Below, in pieces: positions 28,190 to 36,848 of a stretch of 64,000 bases of DNA. A program made the translations under genes and the position numbers. The notes below the pieces were generated by a model. The model made no database searches. It saw only the letters and a program-made list of their open reading frames with translations, and was not told the DNA's origin. How positions within the stretch are numbered: position 1 is the first letter of the stretch; the number at the start of each line of letters is the position of its first letter. This DNA is from Candidatus Fervidifonticultor sextus (GTDB lineage Bacteria; Sysuimicrobiota; Sysuimicrobiia; Sysuimicrobiales; Humicultoraceae), in contig JAVKHQ010000003.1 in assembly GCA_031459875.1 (NCBI GenBank), positions 73,144 to 137,143 on the forward strand, given 5' to 3'.

Positions 28190-28438
28190 GTGGATGTAAT
28201 GAAGATCGATGTGCAGGGCGCCGAGGCCAGCCTCCGGCGGGAAGCCATGGAAATGCTGCAAACGTCGCGTCCCATCATCATTCTCGAGATCGATTCCGTG
28301 GTTGCGAGCGAGATGGGCGTGTCAGCTACGGAGGCCTGGGGCCTGCTTACCCGTTTCGGCTATCGGTTCTTTCGATACGGGCCCCGAACCTGGAACCCCT
28401 TTGTGTATTCTCGGAGACCGCCGAAGGCCGGTGGATGA
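28190..28438 (+). pseudogene. FkbM-family methyltransferase copy 2, 3-prime part (displaced by IS481)
   Basis: MKIDVQGAEAS...RPIIILEID is the typical FkbM C-terminal block. It continues the reading frame lost at 27018. Confidence 0.55.
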
Positions 28439-28490
28439 ACCTGATTGCGAAGCCTGACCAGGTTACTCCCTTTGGGGGAGCCACGAGCAC

Positions 28491-29345
28491 ATGAGCCGGT
28501 CTCCGCTTGTGTCGGTGATCATGCCTGTCTACAATGCCGCCGAGACCATAGAAGAAGCGGTCCAGAGCCTCTTGCAGCAGACGTATTCAGATCTGGAGAT
28601 TATCGTAGTGGACGATGGCTCGACAGACGCGTCCATCTCCTTAATTGAACGTTATCACGACCCTCGGATTCGAATCGTCAGGCAGGAGCACTGCGGCATC
28701 GTGCGGACACGTAACACGGGGTGTGCACAGGCCAGGGGCACCTACCTGGCCGTCATGGATTCCGATGATGTTGCCCACGAGGGACGAATCGCGGCGCAGG
28801 TGAAGTTCCTGGAGCGGCAGCCCGACGTGGGTCTGCTGGGTACCCATGCTAGGTTTGTGCATGACGACGGACGAGAATGGCTCTTCACGCCTCCCGTTGA
28901 GGATCGCGCCCTCCGCCGCTACCTGTTGTGGGACAATCCATTCGTCCATAGTTCCGTGATGTTCAGACGGCAGGCCTTCGAGGAGACCGGCGGATACACG
29001 GAGGGCATTGTGGCAAATGAGGACTATAGGCTTTGGATCCGAATGGCTCGAAACTGGAGGCTGGGGATGATCCCGCAGGTGCTCCTCACCTACAGGGTGC
29101 GCGGCACTAGCGCGAGCCGTGCCGCAAGCCGCCAGAGCGCGCTCCTCGCCAGGTTTGGTGCTCAGTGGGAGGCGGCCAAGATGCTCGGCCCCTGGTATCA
29201 GGCCTTACCCGCCCTGGGGATCACGGGAGCCGCTTACCTGCTGAGTCGTACCGGCAGACTGCTCGATCTGAGCGTCTGGAATCCTGCTAGGCGCCTGCGA
29301 TCCAGGCGACGAGGGTTTCGAGAAAGCGATCTCGAGGATCGCTGA
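28491..29345 (+). CDS. Glycosyltransferase family 2
   Basis: VSVIMPVYNAAETI..., DDGSTD, and a DxD-containing GT-A fold. Confidence 0.85.
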   Translation: MSRSPLVSVIMPVYNAAETIEEAVQSLLQQTYSDLEIIVVDDGSTDASISLIERYHDPRIRIVRQEHCGIVRTRNTGCAQARGTYLAVMDSDDVAHEGRIAAQVKFLERQPDVGLLGTHARFVHDDGREWLFTPPVEDRALRRYLLWDNPFVHSSVMFRRQAFEETGGYTEGIVANEDYRLWIRMARNWRLGMIPQVLLTYRVRGTSASRAASRQSALLARFGAQWEAAKMLGPWYQALPALGITGAAYLLSRTGRLLDLSVWNPARRLRSRRRGFRESDLEDR

Positions 29346-29347
29346 AG

Positions 29348-29542
29348 ATGGGGGGCCTTGGGCGATACCTTACCAACCCCTACTGCTGGCGGCGGGAGGT
29401 ACAGCGGCACTCTGCGATCCTGACCTGCCACCCTGCGATGATCTCCGAGGTGGGCGCCCACGAGATCGCAGGGACCGCCCCCTTCCGCGATGTCGTCGAT
29501 TGGCTGGAAGACCGCAGCTACGGTGCCTTTGGCCTTCGGTGA
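29348..29542 (+). other. Short ORF that is a diverged duplicate of the 5-prime end of the downstream CgeB-like gene
   Basis: RYLTNPYCWRREVQRH...ISEVGAHEIAG parallels RYLRDPYYWRRGVLRV...IAEGAHGVS of the next gene, in a different frame. This suggests a roughly 190-bp tandem duplication. Confidence 0.25.
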
Positions 29543-30660
29543 GGGACTGGAAGCGGTATCTTCGGGATCCCTACTACTGGCGCCGGGGCGTCCTCCGCGT
29601 GCTGGAGGCCACAACCCGGCGGCTCCACCTGGAGACCTATCTGGATCGCCTGATCGCCGAGGGGGCGCACGGGGTGAGCGTGCGCCCTGGCACGGCCCTG
29701 GAAGGGCCGGGGGCAGGGCTGCGGCTCCTCTACGTCGCTCCCAAGTTCGACAACGGGAATCCCGCCCGGGGCTACAGCTACGAGGAGAACCACTTTTTTC
29801 CGGCGCTGGTGAGCCTGGGCTTTACGCCGGTCCGGTTCGACTCCCTGACGCTGGTCCGCCGCCTGGGCAGGAAGGCCGCCAGCGACCTATTGGTGGAACT
29901 CGCCTTCCGCCTGCGGCCGGACGTCGCCTTCTTCGTGCTCTTCAAAGACGACTTCGAGGACGCCGCGGTGGAGGAGCTCCGGCGGCTGGGGTGCGTGACC
30001 TTCAACTGGTTCACCGACGACCACTGGCGGTTCGAGGATTTCTCCAGCCGATGGGCGCCGCGCTTCAGTGTGGCGATCACCACCGATCCCCGAGCCGTGC
30101 GGCGCTATCAAGAGCGTGGAATCACCAACGTCATCCAGTCGCAGTGGGGCGTCAACCACCGCCTCTACCGCCCGCTGGACCGTCCCCGCCGCTACCAGGT
30201 GACATTCATCGGCCAGCCCCACGGCAACCGGCGGGCGATCCTGAGGGCGCTGCAGCAGAGAGGCATTGCAGTGGAAGCCTGGGGGTACGGATGGCCCCGG
30301 GGAAAACTCTCCACGCGCCAGGCGGTCGAGGTCATCAACGAGTCCACAGTCAACCTCAACCTGTCCAAGGCGGTCACGGGCGGGGTGGACCAGATCAAGG
30401 GCCGCGACTTCGAGGTTCCCGCGTGCCAGGGGCTCCTGCTGACCGCACGGGTGGAGGCCCTGGAGCAGTACTACGACCTGGGCACCGAGGTCCTGACCTA
30501 TGAGGGCTTCGAGGATCTGGTAGACAAGATCCGGTGGGTAGTGGGCCACCCGGCGGAAGCGGACCGCGTCCGGGAGGCCGGGTACCGGCGGGTACTCCGC
30601 GATCACACCTACGAGCATCGTTTTACGGAGATCTTTCGCCGCGCCGGGGTGTTTCGATAG
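29500..30660 (+). CDS. CgeB-like glycosyltransferase (DUF3880 + Glyco_trans_1_2-type)
   Basis: C-terminal block IKGRDFEVPACQGLLLT...EVLTY...HTYEHR is typical of the CgeB family. It shares architecture with the 24854..25918 gene. Confidence 0.6.
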   Translation: MAGRPQLRCLWPSVRDWKRYLRDPYYWRRGVLRVLEATTRRLHLETYLDRLIAEGAHGVSVRPGTALEGPGAGLRLLYVAPKFDNGNPARGYSYEENHFFPALVSLGFTPVRFDSLTLVRRLGRKAASDLLVELAFRLRPDVAFFVLFKDDFEDAAVEELRRLGCVTFNWFTDDHWRFEDFSSRWAPRFSVAITTDPRAVRRYQERGITNVIQSQWGVNHRLYRPLDRPRRYQVTFIGQPHGNRRAILRALQQRGIAVEAWGYGWPRGKLSTRQAVEVINESTVNLNLSKAVTGGVDQIKGRDFEVPACQGLLLTARVEALEQYYDLGTEVLTYEGFEDLVDKIRWVVGHPAEADRVREAGYRRVLRDHTYEHRFTEIFRRAGVFR

Positions 30661-30736
30661 CTGATCAGCAAGGCCCTCGGGGCCGGGTTGACCGACCTCT
30701 GTGCCGCCCCTATGATCAGCCCGAGAGGATGCGGGC

Positions 30737-31468
30737 ATGGCAGCGGAGCAGCGCGTTGACAGGCTGGAGCAGGCGCTCGTCGCGCTGGCCGAGGCCCAGG
30801 CGCGGACGGAGCGGGCGCTGGCCGTCCTGACCGGGCGGACCGATCGGGTCGAGGTGGCGCTGGCCCGGAGCGAAGAACGCCTGGATCGGGTCGAGGCGGC
30901 GCTGGCCCGGCTGGCGGAGGCGCAGGCCCGGACCGAGGAACGCCTGGATCGGGTCGAGGCGGCGCTGGCCCGGCTGGCGGAGGCGCAGGCCCGGACCGAG
31001 GAACGCCTGGATCGGGTCGAGGCGGCGCTGGCCCGCCTGGCGGACGCGCAGGCCCGGACCGAATCGGTTGTCCAGGAACTGGCCCGGCAGGTTGGGCGAC
31101 TGAGCGAAACGGTGGGTTTCGCCCTGGAAGACCTGGCGAGGGAGGTCAGCCCGGCGTACCTGGCCAGGCATTACGGCATCCAGGTTGAAGCCCTCGAGCG
31201 GCGGTTCTTTCTTCTGGACGGCCGTGAGGTCGAGGTGGACTTCTACGGCGTGGGAAGGCGGGATGGCGAGACCGTGGCGGTGCTCGGCGAAGTGCGCAGC
31301 CGCATCTACGGTCGGGACGTCGAGGCGGCCATTCGAGAAGCCCGGGCACTCGCCCCGCAGTTGCCCGGGGCGCCGGTCACGGTGCTCTTTGGGTTCGTGA
31401 TCCATCCTTCTGCCCGAGAAGCCGCCGATCGGTTGGGCGCCATCCTCATCACCTCTTCGGGACGGTAG
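30737..31468 (+). CDS. Coiled-coil protein with 3 x 21-aa tandem repeats and a C-terminal PD-(D/E)xK-like (DUF3782-type) domain
   Basis: Three repeats of ERLDRVEAALARLAEAQARTE, then DGREVEVDFYG...GEVRSRI (an acidic-acidic-K/R nuclease-like core). Confidence 0.6.
   Translation: MAAEQRVDRLEQALVALAEAQARTERALAVLTGRTDRVEVALARSEERLDRVEAALARLAEAQARTEERLDRVEAALARLAEAQARTEERLDRVEAALARLADAQARTESVVQELARQVGRLSETVGFALEDLAREVSPAYLARHYGIQVEALERRFFLLDGREVEVDFYGVGRRDGETVAVLGEVRSRIYGRDVEAAIREARALAPQLPGAPVTVLFGFVIHPSAREAADRLGAILITSSGR
30875..31063 (+). repeat. 3 x 63-bp near-perfect direct tandem repeat inside the coding region
   Basis: The unit gaacgcctggatcgggtcgaggcggcgctggcccggctggcggaggcgcaggcccggaccgag appears three times; the third copy has 3 substitutions. 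A degenerate copy lies upstream. Confidence 0.85.
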
Positions 31469-31500
31469 CGGCTCCTGCTGGAGGCAGGTCGGCTGGGCGC

Positions 31501-32655
31501 TCAGCCCGGTCTGCCACCGCCTGTCTCCCGCCGCGCCACCTCCACCAGCGCGGCCGCGATGCGCCCCGCCGCTCCCGGCGGTCCCATCCGGGCTCTCCCG
31601 ATCTCGCCCCGGCGCCGGCGTTCCTCCGAGTCGCGCAGCAGCCGGACCACGGCCGCGGCCGCCTCGCGCCAGTTCCGCGTGGGCACCAGGGCGTCGCCCA
31701 GCAGCCGGTGCTGCGTGGTCAGGAACTGCGGGCCGAACTGCGCGCTGGGGCCGGGAAACGCCACCACCGGCCGTCCCAGCCCCGCCGCCTGCTCGTGGGC
31801 GGTTCCGGCCATCCCGAGCACCACCCACGCGCGGGCCACCGCATCGGGAAAGGAGCGGGTCAGGTGCAGGCGCGCCGACCCAACGGCCACTGCGCCGTCG
31901 CGGGAGACCGGAGCGGATGTCAGGGCACACAGGCGGTCCCTGAGCGCGGCCTCCGAGACGGTCGGGGCCACCGCCATCAGGAAGCCGATCTCGCCGATCT
32001 CGTCGGCAATCGCCCCCGCCGCCCGCGCGATGAGCACCGCGTTCTCCGGCGCATCGCGGCGGCTGCCCGGCAGCAGCGTGACGACCGGCGTCTGCGGGGG
32101 CCACCCGAACGTCTCGCCGGTGAGGTCGAGTTGATCCATCATGACATTGCCGACCGAGACCGCCGGCAGGCCGTGCGCCGCCAGGGCCGAGGCGGTCTCG
32201 GGATCGCGGGTGAACGTCTGCCGCGCGTATCGGCGGATGATCCACCGCGCCTGCGCCCCGAACCCCCCGGTGTGGACCGAGTCGGCCGTGGAGACGAAGA
32301 TCACCTCCCCGGACGCGAAATGGGCCATCCACAGGCAGTAGACATCGCCAACGGCGACCACGAGGTCGAACCGGCCCCGCTGTGCCGCCAGGATCCGGCG
32401 CTGCGCGCGCCACAGCCCGACGATGCCGGCGGCCAGATCGGCGCGCAGGCCCCGCATGCCGGCGCGGAACGAGAAGCCGCCGCTGGGCAGATCGCTCCGG
32501 GGGTCGAGCAGGGGGACCGTCGGGGGGTAGAGCCCCGTCCCGACCAGCGGGTAGGCGGTGACGGCGAATCCCTCCGGCGACAGCGACGCGAGAATACGGG
32601 AAGCGATCAGGTCCTCGCTGACGCCGTTGCTGACGAAGAGGATCCGCGCCGTCAT
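31501..32655 (-). CDS. Lipid-A-disaccharide synthase-related (LpxB-like, GT19-like) glycosyltransferase
   Basis: N-terminal ILFVSNGVSEDLIASRILASL resembles the LpxB acceptor-binding N-terminus. Start at the internal Met MTARILF; the stop overlaps the downstream GT2 start (ATGA). Confidence 0.55.
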   Translation of the reverse strand: MTARILFVSNGVSEDLIASRILASLSPEGFAVTAYPLVGTGLYPPTVPLLDPRSDLPSGGFSFRAGMRGLRADLAAGIVGLWRAQRRILAAQRGRFDLVVAVGDVYCLWMAHFASGEVIFVSTADSVHTGGFGAQARWIIRRYARQTFTRDPETASALAAHGLPAVSVGNVMMDQLDLTGETFGWPPQTPVVTLLPGSRRDAPENAVLIARAAGAIADEIGEIGFLMAVAPTVSEAALRDRLCALTSAPVSRDGAVAVGSARLHLTRSFPDAVARAWVVLGMAGTAHEQAAGLGRPVVAFPGPSAQFGPQFLTTQHRLLGDALVPTRNWREAAAAVVRLLRDSEERRRRGEIGRARMGPPGAAGRIAAALVEVARRETGGGRPG

Positions 32656-33578
32656 CGCCGCCGCCTGGCGTCGAACACCCCCTGGTAGAATGACCGCCAC
32701 AACAGGTGGCTGTAGACTTCGTTGGCCACCAGCGTCAGCCCGGTGCGCTCAGACAGCCACAGCACCGGCAGCAGCGCGGCGGTGAACAGGCCGCTGCGGT
32801 AGACCAGCCACTTGAGCGGGAGCATCACCGGCAGGATCTCCAGGAAGAGGCCCAGGCGCCAGTCCCGGTTGTGCTTCATCCAGAAGTAGACCGCTCCCTC
32901 ACCGGCCTGCCGGAGTTTCTCCCGCGCCTCGGCCAGCGTCTGGACGTGATAGTGGTACCCCAGCGCCGTGGGCTCGTAGCGGAGCGTCACGCCGTCCGCC
33001 ACCATCCGGAAGGCCAGCTCGATGTCCTCCCAGCCGTAGCCCCGGAAGCCTTCGTCGAACCCGCCCACCCGACGGAACGCGTCGGCGTCCACCGAGAAGT
33101 TGCGCGTCACCACATGGTAGGGCGACAGTCCCACGCGGCGGCGGATCGTCGCATCGGGGATGATGTTGCGTGCCCGCATGAACATGGTCGTCAGGCTGTC
33201 GGGATGGTCTTTCCATCGTCCCTGGACCCCGATGTTGCGCCGTCCCTCGTGATGGGCCAGGTGGGCCGAGACGAGCCCGGGCGTCGCCCAGATGTCGGCA
33301 TCGAGGAACAGGAGCACCCGGCCCTGCGCCGCCTGAGCGCCCAGGTTGCGCGCCGCCGCCCGGCCGCGGTGGGCCTGTCGGAGCACGCGGAACGAACCTC
33401 GGCCCGGGTGCCGTGCAATCTGCTCCACCGACCCGTCGGTTGAGCCGTCGTCGACGACGATGACCTCGTAGCGCTCCGGCGGGGCATCCTGTGCGCGGAG
33501 GGCCTCCAGGGCCCGCTGGAGCACCCACCCGCCGTTGTAGGTCGGGATGATGACGCTGACCTCCGGTTGCGATCCCAC
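32652..33578 (-). CDS. Glycosyltransferase family 2
   Basis: VSVIIPTYNGG, VVDDGSTDGS, FLDADI (DxD). GTG start with AAGGGA upstream. The 132-aa N-terminal extension of the ORF-table call is Gly/Arg-rich and unconserved. Confidence 0.8.
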   Translation of the reverse strand: MGSQPEVSVIIPTYNGGWVLQRALEALRAQDAPPERYEVIVVDDGSTDGSVEQIARHPGRGSFRVLRQAHRGRAAARNLGAQAAQGRVLLFLDADIWATPGLVSAHLAHHEGRRNIGVQGRWKDHPDSLTTMFMRARNIIPDATIRRRVGLSPYHVVTRNFSVDADAFRRVGGFDEGFRGYGWEDIELAFRMVADGVTLRYEPTALGYHYHVQTLAEAREKLRQAGEGAVYFWMKHNRDWRLGLFLEILPVMLPLKWLVYRSGLFTAALLPVLWLSERTGLTLVANEVYSHLLWRSFYQGVFDARRRR

Positions 33579-34726
33579 TACCCGTCCCTTGCGGCGCCCA
33601 GCGCGAACAGCGCGATCAGCCCATATCCGGTGTGCCAGGACATGACCGTGGCATCGAAGAGCTGGTGGGTCAGGATGGCCACCGCCGCCGCCAAGAACCC
33701 CGCCCACAGCCCGTCGGTACGCCCATCGCCTCGGTGCTGGCCGAGGCGCCGCCACAGCCCGCCCAGCCCGGCCCCCACGAAGGCCAGAAACGCCGCCAGC
33801 CCGAGCAGGCCCGTTTCCGCGGCAAAGTTGAGGTAGACGTTGTGGGCCGTGGGCTTCTCGCCATAGCGGGGGTCGGGCGAGTAGCGCGGCCAGATCCGGG
33901 TGAACGTGCCGTACCCGGTTCCCAGCGCGGGATGGTTGCGGACAATCTTCGGCACCGACCGCCAGAGGTCCCACCGGTCCACGTTGGCCTCGAGGCTGGG
34001 GATCGATCCCAGCCGCCGGGCGAGCGGCTCACGCTTCTGGCCGATGGCGAGCGTCGCCAGGACCACCGAGGCCAGGCAGAGGACGACCAGCGCCCCCCTG
34101 GCCCTTGGCGCCACCGCGATCAGGACGGCCGCCGCCGCAGCGGTCCCGATCCAGGCTCCCCGGGATCCGGTCAACTCCAGGCCCGCGGCCAGGACCGGCA
34201 GACCGAACGCGATGAGGCCGCGCTGCACCCGGCCCGACGCCACCGTCCAGGTTCCCAGGGTGAGTGCGTAGGCCGCCGCCAGGGTCGTGCCCAGCCCGTT
34301 CGCTCCCACCGCCGGCGTGGACGCCGCCACGGGCCAGGTCCCCGAGCGCGCAATTCCCCAGACCGCGGCAGCCAGCCCTCCGGCGATCCACGCCCAGGCG
34401 ATCGCCCCGACCGCACCGCGTCCGACGCGGAGGGCCAGCCCCACGGAGAAGACCGTCACCAGGACGGCAGCGGCGAACAGCGTGGCCAGGCCGACAGACT
34501 CCCCGCGCCACTCGGAGGCCAGGCCGGAAGCCAGGACCGCGGCCAGCAGCGCCCCCATGGGACGGTCCAACGTCGTGGGGATCCAGCGCCGGCGCCCCGC
34601 GAGCACGGCGCCCAGACTCAGGACCAGCAGGATCGGCAGGACCCACCCCGCATATCCCGAGGAGTATGCGAACGCCGCCACCAGCGTGGCCGCGTAGCAG
34701 AGCCGCTCCACCTGCGGGACCGTCAC
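33578..34726 (-). CDS. O-antigen ligase / Wzy-like polymerase family membrane protein
   Basis: Polytopic membrane protein with the Wzy_C-type loop LTGSRGAWIG. Confidence 0.7.
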   Translation of the reverse strand: MTVPQVERLCYAATLVAAFAYSSGYAGWVLPILLVLSLGAVLAGRRRWIPTTLDRPMGALLAAVLASGLASEWRGESVGLATLFAAAVLVTVFSVGLALRVGRGAVGAIAWAWIAGGLAAAVWGIARSGTWPVAASTPAVGANGLGTTLAAAYALTLGTWTVASGRVQRGLIAFGLPVLAAGLELTGSRGAWIGTAAAAAVLIAVAPRARGALVVLCLASVVLATLAIGQKREPLARRLGSIPSLEANVDRWDLWRSVPKIVRNHPALGTGYGTFTRIWPRYSPDPRYGEKPTAHNVYLNFAAETGLLGLAAFLAFVGAGLGGLWRRLGQHRGDGRTDGLWAGFLAAAVAILTHQLFDATVMSWHTGYGLIALFALGAARDG

Positions 34727-35886
34727 GCTGGCTTCCCGGAGGCCTTGAGACTGGCGGCAGCCCCCAGGCCGACGAGGGCGTACAGCCCCACGGCCATGTG
34801 CGCGCCCATCACGGTCCCATCGACAAGCTGGTGGCCTACGAGCGCCACGAAGGCCGCCAGGGCTGCGGCGCTGACGGCCGACGCAGGACTGCCCGCCGGG
34901 GTCCGAAGGCCCCAGCGGACCAGGTCCAGGAGGCCGGCGCCCAGGAAGAGCAGCAGCGCCACCAGTCCCAGCAGTCCGGTCTCGACGGCGAAATTCAGGA
35001 AGAGATTGTGCGCGAACGGCACGCCCGGCAGCGCCGGATCCCGCTGGGCACTTCCTTCGTACGCGAAGATGAAGGTGCCGAATCCGCTGCCCAGCAGGGG
35101 ACGGCTAGCGACCAGCCCCGGCACCGCGCGCCAGACCGCAATCCGGCTGAACGGTCCCTCGGCCGGCGCCACGTCGCGCAGGCGCGCGAGGTGCCAGGCC
35201 CAGCGAGGGGCGAGCGCGGCCGCCGAGACGCCGAGGATCACCGCCGCCGCCAGCGCGGCCGGCCACAGCCGCCGCACCCCGATCCGCCCAGCCAGCGTCG
35301 CCAGGCCCAGCCCGGCGCCCAGCCAGGCACCCCGAGACCAGGTCAGGACCAGCGCCAGGGCCACGACCGGTAGCGCCGCCATGCTGAAGAGGCGTCGGCG
35401 TCGGGGTCCGGCGGCCGACAGGCCCGCCAGGAGGACCGTGGCGACGGCCATCGTGGTGCCCAGGGCGTTATAGCCCATCCCCGGGATCTGCGCTCTGGCC
35501 GTGACGCTGGCGTCCAGGCCGGCAATCGCCCAGACGGCGGCGACCGAGCCTCCGATCGCCCACGCGGTCAGGAACTGCTCCGGGAACTGCGGCCGGCGCG
35601 CGGCCAGGACCACGGCGCGGATCAGCACCAGAGCGGTGCCGGCGAAGATGGCGCACGCCGTCAGCGCGAACGGGCGCCACTCCGAGAGCACCGAGGAGAG
35701 GACGGCGATCCCGATCAGGCTCATCAGCCCCACGTCCAACGACGTGCGGTCCCACAGCGGTTCTCCGGCCACGAGTTCGCCGATCGCCAGCACCATGAGC
35801 ACACCCAGACCGACGGCGGCGTGTCCCATGGAGTACTGGAACGCGATCACCAGCAGCAGCCCCTGGCGCCACCGCCACGCCTCCAC
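34723..35886 (-). CDS. O-antigen ligase / Wzy-like polymerase family membrane protein (tandem paralog)
   Basis: Polytopic, with LTWSRGAWLG. It shares the motif pattern of the downstream paralog. Confidence 0.7.
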   Translation of the reverse strand: MEAWRWRQGLLLVIAFQYSMGHAAVGLGVLMVLAIGELVAGEPLWDRTSLDVGLMSLIGIAVLSSVLSEWRPFALTACAIFAGTALVLIRAVVLAARRPQFPEQFLTAWAIGGSVAAVWAIAGLDASVTARAQIPGMGYNALGTTMAVATVLLAGLSAAGPRRRRLFSMAALPVVALALVLTWSRGAWLGAGLGLATLAGRIGVRRLWPAALAAAVILGVSAAALAPRWAWHLARLRDVAPAEGPFSRIAVWRAVPGLVASRPLLGSGFGTFIFAYEGSAQRDPALPGVPFAHNLFLNFAVETGLLGLVALLLFLGAGLLDLVRWGLRTPAGSPASAVSAAALAAFVALVGHQLVDGTVMGAHMAVGLYALVGLGAAASLKASGKPA

Positions 35887-35887
35887 T

Positions 35888-36817
35888 TTATCGGCCCTCG
35901 GGGATCATCCTGAACCGGTCCAGCGAGGCCAGGTAGTGCCGGTTGAGGACGCCGCGGACGACCAGGCCGGCCAGCGTGTAGTACCCCCGGGCCTGCAGCC
36001 AGCGCGCAATCCGCGGGGCGTTGCGGACCGTGAGCATCCCGGCGCCGCCCAGGAGGAAGTGCGCGGCGCGCTGCAGCGGCGTGTCCTGGATCATCCAGCG
36101 GGTCTTCGGCCCGGGGTGCTTGCGCAGCAGGTAGAGGGCCGTGCGGGCCCGCTCTTCCTCCTTGGCCAGGTGACGGTCCAGGGAGTCTGGGGTCGGCAGG
36201 GGCTGCACGTGGTAGGCGATGGCGCCGGGGTCGAAGACGCGCGGGATCCCCCGCTCGGCGAGACGCAGTCCCAGATCGAAGTCCTCCCATCCGTACACCC
36301 GGAATCCCTCGTCGAACAGCCCCGCGTCGATCAGCACCTGCCGCGGAATGGAGGCGTTCGCCGTGTCGAGATAGGCGGGAGATGTGCGGGCCATGGGGTC
36401 GCGGTCGGGCAGCACCGGGGAGGGGATGAGCACGACCGGACCGCGGCCCACCACCGGCCGCTCGGCGGCGCGGTGGAGCGCCAGGTGCCGGTGCAGGAAA
36501 TCCCGGCGGACCAGGACGTCGCTGTCCACGAACACGATCACCGGCGCCTCGGCCGTCCTGACCCCGGCGTTGCGGGCGGCGCTGCGGCCGCGGTTGGCGT
36601 CGAGGCGCACCGACCGGACGCGGACGCGGCCCGCGGAGGCTGCGGCAACGACCTGGGGGGTCTCGTCCGTCGAGCCGTCGTCCACCACGACGATCTCGTA
36701 GGCGGCCGGCGCCAGCGACTGATCCACCAGGTGCCCCAGGGCGTGGCGGAGCAGGGCGGCATCGTTGTACGTGGGCACCACCACGCTGAGATGCGGCGCG
36801 GCTTTGCGGTGGCTCAT
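35888..36817 (-). CDS. Glycosyltransferase family 2
   Basis: LSVVVPTYND, VVVDDGSTDET, FVDSDV. The ORF-table N-terminal extension overlaps the ABC gene out of frame. Confidence 0.8.
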   Translation of the reverse strand: MSHRKAAPHLSVVVPTYNDAALLRHALGHLVDQSLAPAAYEIVVVDDGSTDETPQVVAAASAGRVRVRSVRLDANRGRSAARNAGVRTAEAPVIVFVDSDVLVRRDFLHRHLALHRAAERPVVGRGPVVLIPSPVLPDRDPMARTSPAYLDTANASIPRQVLIDAGLFDEGFRVYGWEDFDLGLRLAERGIPRVFDPGAIAYHVQPLPTPDSLDRHLAKEEERARTALYLLRKHPGPKTRWMIQDTPLQRAAHFLLGGAGMLTVRNAPRIARWLQARGYYTLAGLVVRGVLNRHYLASLDRFRMIPEGR

Positions 36818-36848
36818 CCCGACGCGCACCAACCTCCGGCCGTTCGTG

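Noticed and set aside
27039-28281. Plus-strand 379-aa and minus-strand 402-aa ORFs inside the IS element
   Set aside because: These are alternative frames of the transposase region with biased composition. Only 27048..28097 (-) carries HTH and DDE motifs.
30875-31063. Tandem 63-bp repeats considered as a possible CRISPR or minisatellite array
   Set aside because: The repeats are contiguous with no spacers, in-frame, and encode a heptad-like coiled coil. They are a coding tandem repeat, not a CRISPR array.
33579-33974. 132-aa N-terminal extension of the GT2 ORF 32652..33974
   Set aside because: Gly/Arg-rich and overlaps the upstream Wzy-like gene. A GTG with AAGGGA RBS sits just before the conserved GT2 N-terminus.
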